Below, in pieces: positions 11,782-20,182 of a stretch of DNA of 64,000 bases. Location: NCBI GenBank assembly GCA_963829525.1, contig CAWHIJ010000003.1, forward strand, positions 416,001 to 480,000, written 5' to 3'. This DNA is from an uncultured Actinomycetota bacterium (GTDB lineage Bacteria > Actinomycetota > Actinomycetes > JAHEKZ01). The position numbers and the translations under genes are program-made. The stretch's first letter is position 1. Each line of letters starts with the position of its first letter. The notes beneath the pieces were generated by a model. It was not told the DNA's origin. It did not search any database and was given only the letters and a program-made list of their open reading frames with translations.

Positions 11782-11854
11782 ACCCCGATACCGGGCCAGA
11801 GCACCACGAGGTCTGCCTCACTGTCACCTTTGCGACCGCAGACGAGGCGGATAA

Positions 11855-12157
11855 CTAGTCGGCGGCCGGCCCCAGGCCGTTGAGGTAGTCGTTGATCCGC
11901 TCAGGAGTCCACTCGGCCTCGAGCTGCTCGGCCACGACACTGGCGAGATGGGTGGGGTCGCCGTCGGCTGTCGCCCAGTCTGACCGCGTCCAGCCTGCAA
12001 GGTACTCGTCGCCGCCGACCTCGCCAAGACGCATGGCGGCCTCATCGATCGCCTCTTGGAAGCGCGCTGCCAGCTGGATCTTGGCGACTTCGTCGCCATC
12101 GCGTGCGATAACCATGGAAGGGATGTCACGCCACGAGGTGATCTGGTGTTCGGCCAT
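11855..12157 (-). CDS. Small 'virulence factor' family protein (Virulence_fact-like)
   Basis: WRDIPSMV...LAARFQEAIDEAAM...DEYLAGW pattern; leaderless ATG after TAGGCT. Confidence 0.75.
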   Translation of the reverse strand: MAEHQITSWRDIPSMVIARDGDEVAKIQLAARFQEAIDEAAMRLGEVGGDEYLAGWTRSDWATADGDPTHLASVVAEQLEAEWTPERINDYLNGLGPAAD

Positions 12158-12244
12158 GATCGCGAGCCTAATGGCTCGTCCCCCGTCGGGCAGGATGTAG
12201 GGAAACGCCGATACCATCTGAGGCAGTCAACGAAGGGATTTCAC

Positions 12245-12745
12245 ATGAGCAATGCAGATGCCACGTTCCTCTACCTCGGGGTCTACGCCAACGAGCCCGC
12301 AGCCCAGGCCGACTACGACGTAGTGAAGGCGTTACACATGGTCGACGCTGTCGGCAGTTTCGACGCCGCTGTCGTTACCAAGGACGCAGACGGCAAGGTG
12401 CACGTGGCCAAGGACGAGACCGCCACCCGCACAGGCGGATGGGCAGGTGCCGGGGTTGGAGCGCTCGTCGGGATTCTGTTCCCGCCAGCGATCATCGGTG
12501 CGGCTGTCGTTGGTGGTGCCGTCGGCGGTATCGGTGGACACCTCTGGAAAGGCATGTCGCGCAGCGACGTCAAGGAACTCGGCGAGCTCATCGACTCCGG
12601 TGAGGCAGCACTCGTGGTGATCGGCGACCTGACCGTCTCCGAGGCCATTGAGAAAGCCGAGCTGCACGCACTCAAAGAGACCAAGCGTGAGGTGGATGCC
12701 TCGTTCAAGGACATCGAGAAAGAGATCAAGGCGCAGAACGCCTGA
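12245..12745 (+). CDS. DUF1269-like membrane protein
   Basis: DAAVVTKDADGKVHV, glycine zipper GAGVGALVGILF..., GELIDSGEAALVV; GAAGGG RBS. Confidence 0.75.
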   Translation: MSNADATFLYLGVYANEPAAQADYDVVKALHMVDAVGSFDAAVVTKDADGKVHVAKDETATRTGGWAGAGVGALVGILFPPAIIGAAVVGGAVGGIGGHLWKGMSRSDVKELGELIDSGEAALVVIGDLTVSEAIEKAELHALKETKREVDASFKDIEKEIKAQNA

Positions 12746-12775
12746 TCCGAACTCGTAACTGCCGCTGGACAGGGA

Positions 12776-12952
12776 TCAGAAGACCACGATCAGCAGTAGG
12801 AAGATCGCGATCAGGGCAAGGGCGATGTCGATGACGAGGCCCGTCCGATGTGCCCTTCGCGTATGCACCCGCTGTGGCGTATTCGGTGCGCGTTGAACCG
12901 TTTTGGTCTCAGCCGGCGGCTGAGGAACTTGCATGGGCGTGTAGATCGCCAT
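12776..12952 (-). CDS. Small hypothetical protein with C-terminal TM helix
   Basis: 58 aa, G-rich RBS, hydrophobic C-terminus; upstream box plus -10 element. Confidence 0.5.
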   Translation of the reverse strand: MAIYTPMQVPQPPAETKTVQRAPNTPQRVHTRRAHRTGLVIDIALALIAIFLLLIVVF

Positions 12953-13102
12953 GAGACACCCCCCTAGACGGTGGAGAGGACACCCGCACCTTGCAGTCTT
13001 GCTGTTGCCCGGCACGCGGGACAGAGGCCAAGGTCACCTTCCACGGGCAGCTGACCCGCGGACACGGTCAAGTGGGACCCCGGGGTGGTCGATCTTGACG
13101 TT

Positions 13103-13465
13103 ATGGCTGAGCCAACGACCGGTGAGTTCGACTTCTTTGCCCCGAAGCCGCTTGGGGGGGCGCAGTCGATGGAGCCTGCTCAGCCCATGACGCCGAGCCG
13201 GATGGGCTTCTCCCCGCCCAGGGACCTGACTCCCGCCCTGCCTCTCGGTAAGGCCTCGCGTTGGGCCAAGAGCGATACGACGTTTGGCCCGGTGGGACGA
13301 GTCGTAGCCTCGATCGGCCTCCTCATCCCGTTCCTGTTCCTCGTTGCGGCAGGGGTCTTCACGTTTGACCCGTTCGTGCTCGGTGGCGCAGGGCTCTGGG
13401 CGGTGCTGATGGTCATGGGCTTACGCCAGGTGTGGCAGCTGGTTGAGCACCACCACCGCCGCTGA
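13103..13465 (+). CDS. Hypothetical membrane protein (2 TM)
   Basis: SRWAKSDTTFGPVGR followed by two hydrophobic segments. Confidence 0.6.
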   Translation: MAEPTTGEFDFFAPKPLGGAQSMEPAQPMTPSRMGFSPPRDLTPALPLGKASRWAKSDTTFGPVGRVVASIGLLIPFLFLVAAGVFTFDPFVLGGAGLWAVLMVMGLRQVWQLVEHHHRR

Positions 13466-13526
13466 CGCAGTTCGCTACGTCGCGGGTGATGCTCGATGCT
13501 GGACCCGCGCGCTGCTCAACGGCACG

Positions 13527-14156
13527 TCACCGTACGCCAGGGGGACGGAACTGCACCGAGATGCGTGGCCCGCAGGGCTTTGTCGTCTTGGGCACCGCAT
13601 GTTCCCAGGCCCGTTGGCAGGCGCCGCCCATCACGAGCAGGTCGCCGTGTCCCAGTACGAAGCGGCGAGACTCAGCGCCTCCTCCGCGAGGACGAAGCAG
13701 CAGCGCTCGCGGAGTACCCAGGGAGATGATCGCCACCAGCGTGTCATCGGTGCGACCGCGTCCAATCGTGTCGCCGTGCCAGGCGACACTGTCGTTGCCG
13801 TCGCGGTAGAGACAGAGACCGGCGGTGGCGAATCCTTCCGACAGTTGGTTGCGGTAGTGGGCCGATAGGCGAATCCGCGCCTGCGCAAGGACGTCGTGCG
13901 GCAGCGCCGTCGTCGCGTCGTACCAGCACACCAGGCGGGGGACGTCGACGACGCGGTCGTACATCTGACGCCGCTCGGCACGCCAGGGTGCGTCATCGGC
14001 GAGCGTGTCGAAGAGGGCGTCCGACCCCTGCACCCAACCGAGCTGGTGCTCTACCCAAGAGCGGTCATCGAGCTGGGTACGGGTGAGCCCCGCACCCAGA
14101 CGTCCCAGGGCAGGAGCGGAGGCGGTGTCGAAGAGCGAACTCTGCAGCGCGGCCAC
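13527..14156 (-). CDS. alkB: Alpha-ketoglutarate-dependent dioxygenase AlkB family
   Basis: MYDRVVDVPRL, YRDGNDSVAWHGD (HxD), HAVPK, RISVQFR; SOS box upstream. Confidence 0.9.
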   Translation of the reverse strand: MAALQSSLFDTASAPALGRLGAGLTRTQLDDRSWVEHQLGWVQGSDALFDTLADDAPWRAERRQMYDRVVDVPRLVCWYDATTALPHDVLAQARIRLSAHYRNQLSEGFATAGLCLYRDGNDSVAWHGDTIGRGRTDDTLVAIISLGTPRALLLRPRGGGAESRRFVLGHGDLLVMGGACQRAWEHAVPKTTKPCGPRISVQFRPPGVR

Positions 14157-14176
14157 GGGACCAAGGTAGCAAAGGA

Positions 14177-14192
14177 TCGAACAGTTGTTCGA
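14177..14192. promoter_or_regulatory. LexA (SOS) box, actinobacterial type
   Basis: TCGAAC-AGTT-GTTCGA, perfect TCGAAC-N4-GTTCGA, about 20 nt upstream of the alkB start. Confidence 0.9.
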
Positions 14193-14346
14193 TCTTAGGT
14201 GATCCTCCGGCGAACGTCGTTCCGGATGCGCTCCAAGCCGGCGCTGGCGCGAGCGGGGACGTTCGACACTTCTGGCACACCTCTAGGTCGCGCAAGACTT
14301 GGGGTGCAGGTCATGGATGGATGCTGTCGCAATGAGGAGGTGCGCC

Positions 14347-15051
14347 ATGACCAATACGATCTCGAGCCGAAGAGCCTCGGGCTTCGCCGCGCTCTACCTT
14401 GCAGCGGCCCTGGTGGCCGCGATGCTCTACTTCCTCGTCGGCACCAACATGCCGTCGGTGACCGACCCAGGCGAGCAGGTTCAGTTGCTCGTCGACCACC
14501 AACTCGGCCTGCATCTGATGTACCTCATCGCTTATGTGGCGTTCGGCCTCGTGCTGACCGTGCTGGCGCTGGGATTGCACGAGCGCCTGGCCGGCATCGC
14601 ACCGGCTACCTCGCGGGCCGCCTCGGTGGTCGGCCTGATCTGGGCCGGCGTGCTGGTGGCCAGCGGGATGGTCTTCATCGTCGGTATGAACTCAGTGGTC
14701 GATCTGAACACCACCGATCCGGCAGCCGCTGTCGTGGCGTGGCAGGCGATCTATCCCGTCACGCTTGGGCTCGGCGGAGCAGGCGGTGAGGTGCTGGGCG
14801 GTACGTGGTTGCTGCTGGTGAACCTGGTGGCGCTGCGCGGCCACGCACTGCCGACCTGGCTGAGCTGGTCCGGGCTCATCGCTGGCGCCGCAGGGATCAT
14901 CTCGGCGGTTCCAGGTTTGGCTGCCATCGCGGTGGTGTTCGGGCTGCTGGTCATCGTCTGGCTGGCCGGGCTCGGCGTCACCCTGCTGCGTGAGCGCTCC
15001 CCCGCCGTCGAGGACGCGCCGACCGCACATCTCGTCGACGCTGCCCGCTGA
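14347..15051 (+). CDS. DUF4386-like integral membrane protein
   Basis: GAGGAGG RBS, about 6 TM segments, GGGxEVLGGTW pattern. Confidence 0.7.
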   Translation: MTNTISSRRASGFAALYLAAALVAAMLYFLVGTNMPSVTDPGEQVQLLVDHQLGLHLMYLIAYVAFGLVLTVLALGLHERLAGIAPATSRAASVVGLIWAGVLVASGMVFIVGMNSVVDLNTTDPAAAVVAWQAIYPVTLGLGGAGGEVLGGTWLLLVNLVALRGHALPTWLSWSGLIAGAAGIISAVPGLAAIAVVFGLLVIVWLAGLGVTLLRERSPAVEDAPTAHLVDAAR

Positions 15052-15079
15052 CCTTCCCCGTCGAAAAGGGGTGCATGGC

Positions 15080-15859
15080 ATGGACGCCACACGTCAGGTT
15101 CTGGTGCTGGGTGCCACCGGACGGACCGGTAGCCGCGTCGTCACGCAGCTGCTGGACCGCGGAGTCGCCGTACGCGCGATCGTGCGCTCTGCTGATCGAC
15201 TGCTGGCAGAAGTTGCCGGTCACCAGTTGCTCGAGGTGGTCGAAGCCGACCTGCTAACAATGCCGGCAGCTGACCTCGTCGATCACCTCGACGGCTGCGA
15301 TGCCGTGATCTCGTGCCTGGGCCACACCATCAGCGTCCGTGGTGTCCTCGGACCGCCGCACGACTTGGTCCGACACGCGCTCAGTCAGGTGCGCGCAGCG
15401 CTGGAGGCAAGCCCGCCGCCAGCGCCGGTGCGGTTGATCCTGATGGGCAGCGTCTCGGTCAACCAACCGAAGCATGCGGACTCCCGGCGGGGAGCCGGTC
15501 AGCGTGCCTTCCTGTCGGTACTGCGGCTCGTGCTTCCCCCGTCCCGCGACAACCAGCGGGCGGCGGACTTCCTCGTGAACGAGGTCGGCCCCGCCGATCC
15601 GCACCTGCAATGGGTTGTGGTGCGTCCCGACACCCTGAAGGAGGGTGACGTCGGCGAGTACGTCGTCCACGAAGCGATCGTCAGCAGCCTGTTCCGCCCC
15701 GATCACACCCGGATGGCCCACGTAGCCCACTTCATGTGTGAGCTGGTCACCGACGACACGGCGTGGGAGCGCTGGCGCGGTCGGATGCCGGTGGTTGTGG
15801 ACGCCGGGCCGGCAGCGGAGAAGGCGTCGCAGTTGAGAGGAAAGGAGCGTGCGTCATGA
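15080..15859 (+). CDS. NAD(P)-binding oxidoreductase (atypical SDR / flavin reductase-like)
   Basis: VLGATGRTG, DAVISCLG, WVVVRP. Confidence 0.85.
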   Translation: MDATRQVLVLGATGRTGSRVVTQLLDRGVAVRAIVRSADRLLAEVAGHQLLEVVEADLLTMPAADLVDHLDGCDAVISCLGHTISVRGVLGPPHDLVRHALSQVRAALEASPPPAPVRLILMGSVSVNQPKHADSRRGAGQRAFLSVLRLVLPPSRDNQRAADFLVNEVGPADPHLQWVVVRPDTLKEGDVGEYVVHEAIVSSLFRPDHTRMAHVAHFMCELVTDDTAWERWRGRMPVVVDAGPAAEKASQLRGKERAS

Positions 15860-16599
15860 CCGAACAGATGACGACGATGACTGATCGGCTGAGCGTGAAG
15901 ATCTCGCCGGTGGTCGACGACTCCAGGCACCGAGAGCACCGAGGGGCGGCCATCGCGGCTGGCGTGCTTTACATCGTGGGAACCATCGCCGGCGTGCTGA
16001 GCGTGGTGGTTCTGTCGACGGTCAGCGACGCCGCTGACCCAGTTGCATCGGCGTCCACGAATCAGTCAGCCGTGGTGACCGGTGCGCTGCTGATCCTGGT
16101 GATGGGTCTGTCGCTGGCTCTCATCCCCGTCGTGCTGATGCCCGTGCTTCGTCCGGTGAGCGAGTTCCTTGCCTACGGCTACCTCGTCATCCGCGGCGCC
16201 GTCGAGACGGCCTGCTACGTCGTGCTTGCTGCCGGTGTCCTGTCACTGGTCACCCTTGGCGGACTCGGGGGTTCCGATGAGACGTGGCGTGAGTTAGGAC
16301 GCGTCCTGCTCGACTCTGAAGCGACCAATACTGTGCTCGCCCTGGTGTTTTGCCTGGGCGCTGCGCTGTTCTACATCGCGCTCTTCCGTTCGGGGATCGC
16401 ACCCAGGTGGATCTCCGGGTGGGGGTTGGTGGCGATCGTGCTGTACGTCATTGGCTCCCTGCTGGCTGCATACGGTGCCATCGAGGTGAACTCGGCTGCG
16501 CAGGCACCGTTGATTCTGCCGCTGGCGGTGCAGGAGATGGTGCTGGCGATCTGGATGATCGCGCGTGGCTTCCGTCCGATCCGGCAGGCCGCCCACTGA
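15856..16599 (+). CDS. DUF4386 family membrane protein
   Basis: AIAAGVLYI, LFRSGIAPRWISGWG, QEMVLAIWMIARGF; ATGA coupling. Confidence 0.8.
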   Translation: MTEQMTTMTDRLSVKISPVVDDSRHREHRGAAIAAGVLYIVGTIAGVLSVVVLSTVSDAADPVASASTNQSAVVTGALLILVMGLSLALIPVVLMPVLRPVSEFLAYGYLVIRGAVETACYVVLAAGVLSLVTLGGLGGSDETWRELGRVLLDSEATNTVLALVFCLGAALFYIALFRSGIAPRWISGWGLVAIVLYVIGSLLAAYGAIEVNSAAQAPLILPLAVQEMVLAIWMIARGFRPIRQAAH

Positions 16600-16626
16600 G
16601 TGTCGAGTTGTGGTGGTGCTGAGGAG

Positions 16627-17322
16627 TTAGGTCCGCAGGATCGGCGGGTTGAGCACAGCGTCCTGTGCGCGGTAGAGCATCGCCGGTCGTCCTCCGCCCC
16701 GCGTGGTCGTCTCGCCGGTCTCGACCAGGAATCCCGGCGTGCCGGTGACTTTGCGGTGAAAGTTGCGCGGGTCAAGCTGCACGCCCCACACGGTCTCGTA
16801 CACCTCGCGCAGCTCGGCCACAGTGAACTCCTCGGGGCAGAAGGACGCCGCGAGTGACGAGTACTCGAGTTTGGCTCGGGCGCGTTCGAGCCCGTCGCGG
16901 ATGATCCGGGAGTGGTCGAATGCGAGTCGTCCGCCCACGAGAACGTCGTCGACCGGACGCCATGAGGCGTCGGCTGCGTCCGTGCCGGCCGTGGGGGAGG
17001 GCAGGTCGGGGGCGAGCACCAGCCACGCGACGCTGACCACTCGCATGCGTGGGTCACGTTTGGGCGCTCCGTACGTGGCGAGCTGCTCGAGGTGTACGTC
17101 GCGCAGGGTCAGCCCGGTCTCTTCGGCGAGCTCGCGGACGGCGGACTCGTGCAGGTCTTCGTCGACGAGCACGAAGCCGCCGGGCAGCGCCCAACGCCCC
17201 TTGAACGGAGTCTCGCCGCGCCTCACCAGCAGAACCTGCAACCGGCGGTCGCGGACGGTGAAGACAACGAGGTCGACCGTCACGGCGAACGGCGGGAAGG
17301 CGCTGGCGTCGTAGTCGGGCAT
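16627..17322 (-). CDS. nrtR: NrtR family Nudix-HTH transcriptional regulator
   Basis: WALPGGFV..E...A.REL.EETG Nudix box, RDPRMRVVS, LAFDH, C-terminal wHTH NFHRK...GRPAMLY. Confidence 0.88.
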   Translation of the reverse strand: MPDYDASAFPPFAVTVDLVVFTVRDRRLQVLLVRRGETPFKGRWALPGGFVLVDEDLHESAVRELAEETGLTLRDVHLEQLATYGAPKRDPRMRVVSVAWLVLAPDLPSPTAGTDAADASWRPVDDVLVGGRLAFDHSRIIRDGLERARAKLEYSSLAASFCPEEFTVAELREVYETVWGVQLDPRNFHRKVTGTPGFLVETGETTTRGGGRPAMLYRAQDAVLNPPILRT

Positions 17323-17339
17323 GATGTGAGCCTAACCGC

Positions 17340-17360
17340 TTATCGCCTATCTGACGAGAA
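17340..17360. promoter_or_regulatory. Candidate NrtR operator (autoregulatory)
   Basis: 21-bp imperfect palindrome TTATCGCCTATCTGACGAGAA next to the TAGGCT -10 of leaderless nrtR. Confidence 0.6.
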
Positions 17361-17409
17361 GCGATCCGGCATCTCGACGTGACGCGATTGGTCGACATCG
17401 CCTGGGCCC

Positions 17410-17438
17410 TGGACACGGGTTCACTGGAACGCTACTGT
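17410..17438 (+). promoter_or_regulatory. Sigma70-type promoter of the hemerythrin-TetR operon
   Basis: TGGACA-N17-TACTGT. Confidence 0.5.
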
Positions 17439-17480
17439 ATCGAAAGTGAACGAGTTCCGGTTCAGCTGTGAGGTGAGGGC

Positions 17481-18170
17481 ATGGTGAGGCCCGAGAACCC
17501 CGCCGACGTCCGCATGATGGGCATCGTCCATGCGGCGCTGAAGCGAGACCTGCGACGAGTGCGCGAGGTGCTGGACGCCGACCCGCCGCCGCGGGGGCGG
17601 CAGCGGGTGGCCCTCGGCCAACACGTGGCCTGGATGCTCGAGTTCTTGCACGCGCACCACACCAGCGAAGACGCCGGCTTGTGGCCTCTGGTGCTGAGCC
17701 GCAATCCGGGCGCAGCCGAGCTGCTCGCTTCGCTGGAGGCCGACCATGCGCGCATCGCACCGCTGGCCGACGAGGCGGCGGCAGCCGCACAGCGATACGC
17801 CGAGACGACCACAGACGCCGAGTGTATCGCGCTGATTTCGGCGCTGGATCAGCTGAACGCCGTGCTGTTCGCGCACCTGGACCGCGAAGTGGCGGAGGCA
17901 ATGCCGGTGGTGGCGACCAGCATCACCGACCGGCAGTGGAACGCCGTCGAGCAGGAGTACAACATCAAGCCGAAGGGCACCCGACAGCTGGCCATGGAGG
18001 GGCACTGGCTGATCGAAGGGATCGACCCCGAGGGATACGAGGTTGTGGTCCACAAGGTGCCACCGCCGCTGCGGCTGCTCTTGCTCTACGGCTTCGGTCC
18101 TGCCTACCGACGCCGGGCCCGCGTCCGGTGGACGCCAGACCGGTCGCCCTCCGGACAGGTGGCGTCGTGA
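17481..18170 (+). CDS. Hemerythrin (HHE) domain protein
   Basis: HAALKRD, HAHHTSED, EADH, HLDREVAE metal-ligand pattern. Confidence 0.85.
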   Translation: MVRPENPADVRMMGIVHAALKRDLRRVREVLDADPPPRGRQRVALGQHVAWMLEFLHAHHTSEDAGLWPLVLSRNPGAAELLASLEADHARIAPLADEAAAAAQRYAETTTDAECIALISALDQLNAVLFAHLDREVAEAMPVVATSITDRQWNAVEQEYNIKPKGTRQLAMEGHWLIEGIDPEGYEVVVHKVPPPLRLLLLYGFGPAYRRRARVRWTPDRSPSGQVAS

Positions 18171-18808
18171 CGGCGGACGCTTCGCAGGTGCGGCAGCGCC
18201 CGTACCGATCGGCTCGCCGCCGGCAGCAGGCGGCGCAGACGCGGGCGCTGGTGCTCAAGGCGGCCACCGCTCTCTTCGAGGAGCGCGGATGGTCAGCCAC
18301 AAGCATTCGCGACATCGCCAAGTCCGCGGGCGTCGCAGTCGAGACGGTGTACGCGGGCTTCGGCTCCAAGGCGGCGCTGCTGCTTGCGGCCATCGACGTC
18401 AGCGTGGTCGGTGACACGCAACCGGTGCCGCTGTCAGACCGTGCGGAGTTCGCTGCCCTGGGACGAGGCGACTTCACCCAACGGGTCGAAGCGGCAGCTC
18501 GGCTGCTTACGGGCATCAACCAACGAACGTGGCGACTGCGCCGCGCGCTGAGTGAGGCGGCGGTGGGCGACCCCCAGCTCGGGACGAAGCTCAAGGAGCT
18601 GGAGAAGCGGAGGCGGCTGAACATCAGTCAAGGCGTCGCGAAGGTCCTCGGTCACGCAGTCCCTGATGACGTGCTCGACGGGCTGTGGGTATTCATGGGT
18701 GCGGATGCGTTCCACCTTCTGACCGAGATCGGCGGACGATCCTCCGAGCAGTACGAGCAGTGGCTGCTGACGACGATCCAGCGGCATCTGGACCACGCCC
18801 AGATGTGA
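18167..18808 (+). CDS. TetR/AcrR family transcriptional regulator
   Basis: TSIRDIAKSAGVAVETVYAGFGSKAALL HTH; GTGA coupling. Confidence 0.9.
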   Translation: MTADASQVRQRPYRSARRRQQAAQTRALVLKAATALFEERGWSATSIRDIAKSAGVAVETVYAGFGSKAALLLAAIDVSVVGDTQPVPLSDRAEFAALGRGDFTQRVEAAARLLTGINQRTWRLRRALSEAAVGDPQLGTKLKELEKRRRLNISQGVAKVLGHAVPDDVLDGLWVFMGADAFHLLTEIGGRSSEQYEQWLLTTIQRHLDHAQM

Positions 18809-18838
18809 GGGACGTGGCGAAGCGATGGGACCGAGGTC

Positions 18839-19330
18839 ATGAGTGAGGTGCAGAAGGAGTCGCGAGTCGAGGTCGTGGTCGCCGCCAGGCCGGGCGAGGT
18901 GTGGGACGTCCTGGTCGACGTCACCCGGATCGGCGAATGGAGCCACGAGTGCCGATCTGCGCACTGGCTCGGCGATGACCACCGACCCCGTCCCGGTGCG
19001 ACATTCGTGGGACGCAACCGGGTGGGCTGGCTGTCGTGGAGCCGCATCAACGAGATCGTCTCAGCCGAGGCGCCCCGCGAGCTCGTGTGGCGCACGGTGC
19101 CGACCCCGCTGTTCCCTGACAGCACCCTGTGGCGGGTCGAGCTGCAGCTGGTGGACGGTGGCACCACTATCCGTCAGTCCTTCTCGGTCCTGCGGGCACC
19201 GTGGTTGCTGGACCGGGTCTACGCCAGCCTCATCCCGGCCCACCAAGACCGCGACTCCAAACTGAAGCAAGACCTGATTCGGCTCGGCGCCGCTGCACAG
19301 CGAGGAGCGAAGACACGTCTCGGCGACTGA
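18839..19330 (+). CDS. SRPBCC (polyketide cyclase/START-like) family protein
   Basis: VWDVLVDVTRIGEWSHEC, GATFVGRN. Confidence 0.85.
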   Translation: MSEVQKESRVEVVVAARPGEVWDVLVDVTRIGEWSHECRSAHWLGDDHRPRPGATFVGRNRVGWLSWSRINEIVSAEAPRELVWRTVPTPLFPDSTLWRVELQLVDGGTTIRQSFSVLRAPWLLDRVYASLIPAHQDRDSKLKQDLIRLGAAAQRGAKTRLGD

Positions 19331-19503
19331 CTCGAATCGGCAACCGGATCGGAGTGGGGCTCTACCGGCTCCTCGACGGCCGTTCCTCGGCGGCTCGCGA
19401 CGACATGTGGACCGATGTCGTGCTGGCCGAGGTGCCAGCGGTCGCCAGGTATGCGCGAAAGGCCGGCAGGACCATTCCCATCGCGATCCTTCAGCCGGTC
19501 GAC
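19315..19503 (+). pseudogene. Internally deleted remnant of a deazaflavin (F420)-dependent nitroreductase-family gene
   Basis: RIGNRIGVGLYRLLDGR (N-terminal-like) fused in frame to RDDMWTDVVLAEVPAVARYARKAGRTIPIAILQP (C-terminal-like); no core, no ATG. Confidence 0.55.
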
Positions 19504-19565
19504 GAAGGGGCGGCAACGAGACCCCATAGCTCGGCAGGGCGCGCTCGTGGCTGGCAGTCGCCGCG

Positions 19566-19902
19566 TCACAGGTCGAGGAAGTCGCGAACCCAGCCACGCA
19601 GCTCTTGCAGGGTTAACGCGTCGACGCGGCCGGGTCGGCCGACAATGCGTTCGCGCGAGATCGTGCGCACCTGCTCGGTCATCGCCCACGAAGGCTGTGG
19701 CAGCTCGATGTCACTGAGCGGGGACGTGGTTGGGCCAGGCACGGTCGACACTGGTGACGGGCACAACGATCGCCAGGGTCTCGACGGTGTTGAGGTAGTC
19801 GATGCCGCTGATCACGACGGCTGGTCGGCGGCCGGCTTGCTCGCGGCCAACGGTCGGGTCGGGTGCCACCCACACGACGTCTCCGGGTGCGAGGTCAATC
19901 AC
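19566..19902 (-). pseudogene. PemK/MazF family toxin, frameshifted (+1 in a C-run near 19720; real or sequencing error)
   Basis: GDVVWVAPDPTVGREQAGRRPAVVIS...VVPVTS in one frame; WAMTEQVRTISRERI in the next. Confidence 0.85.
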
Positions 19903-20119
19903 GGTCGAGCTGTTCCCAGGCCGCCACCTCGTCGGCGTACGACGCCATGGCCTCGGGAGGGGTGTCAGCGATCGCCTGACGCATGGCCTGGAAGCGGCCC
20001 TCGCGATCGGCCAGGTCGGCGAGGTGGGCGAGGTGCTCGCCCAACGTCCGGTGCGCGCGCGACGCCTGTGCCTTGAGACGGTCGCGCACGTCGTTCGAGA
20101 CCTTGATGGTCGTAGTCAT
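19895..20119 (-). CDS. Antitoxin (RHH-like) of the MazF-type pair
   Basis: MTTTIKVS..RDRL N-terminus, acidic tail, overlaps the toxin start; leaderless after TATACT. Confidence 0.8.
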   Translation of the reverse strand: MTTTIKVSNDVRDRLKAQASRAHRTLGEHLAHLADLADREGRFQAMRQAIADTPPEAMASYADEVAAWEQLDRD

Positions 20120-20182
20120 ACTATGAGTATACCAAGAGTATGCACGCCATGCCCGTCTCGCTGCTGAGAGGGCCTTGGTCCG

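Noticed and set aside
12953-13102. Riboswitch in this intergenic region (39409-39610 and 36545-36719 also inspected)
   Set aside because: No recognisable aptamer core (c-di-AMP, cobalamin, SAM, TPP) by eye; an Rfam search would be decisive.
17403-17416. Further copy of the shared activator box (TGGGCCCTGGACAC)
   Set aside because: Better explained as the -35 (TGGACA) of a canonical 17-bp-spaced promoter.
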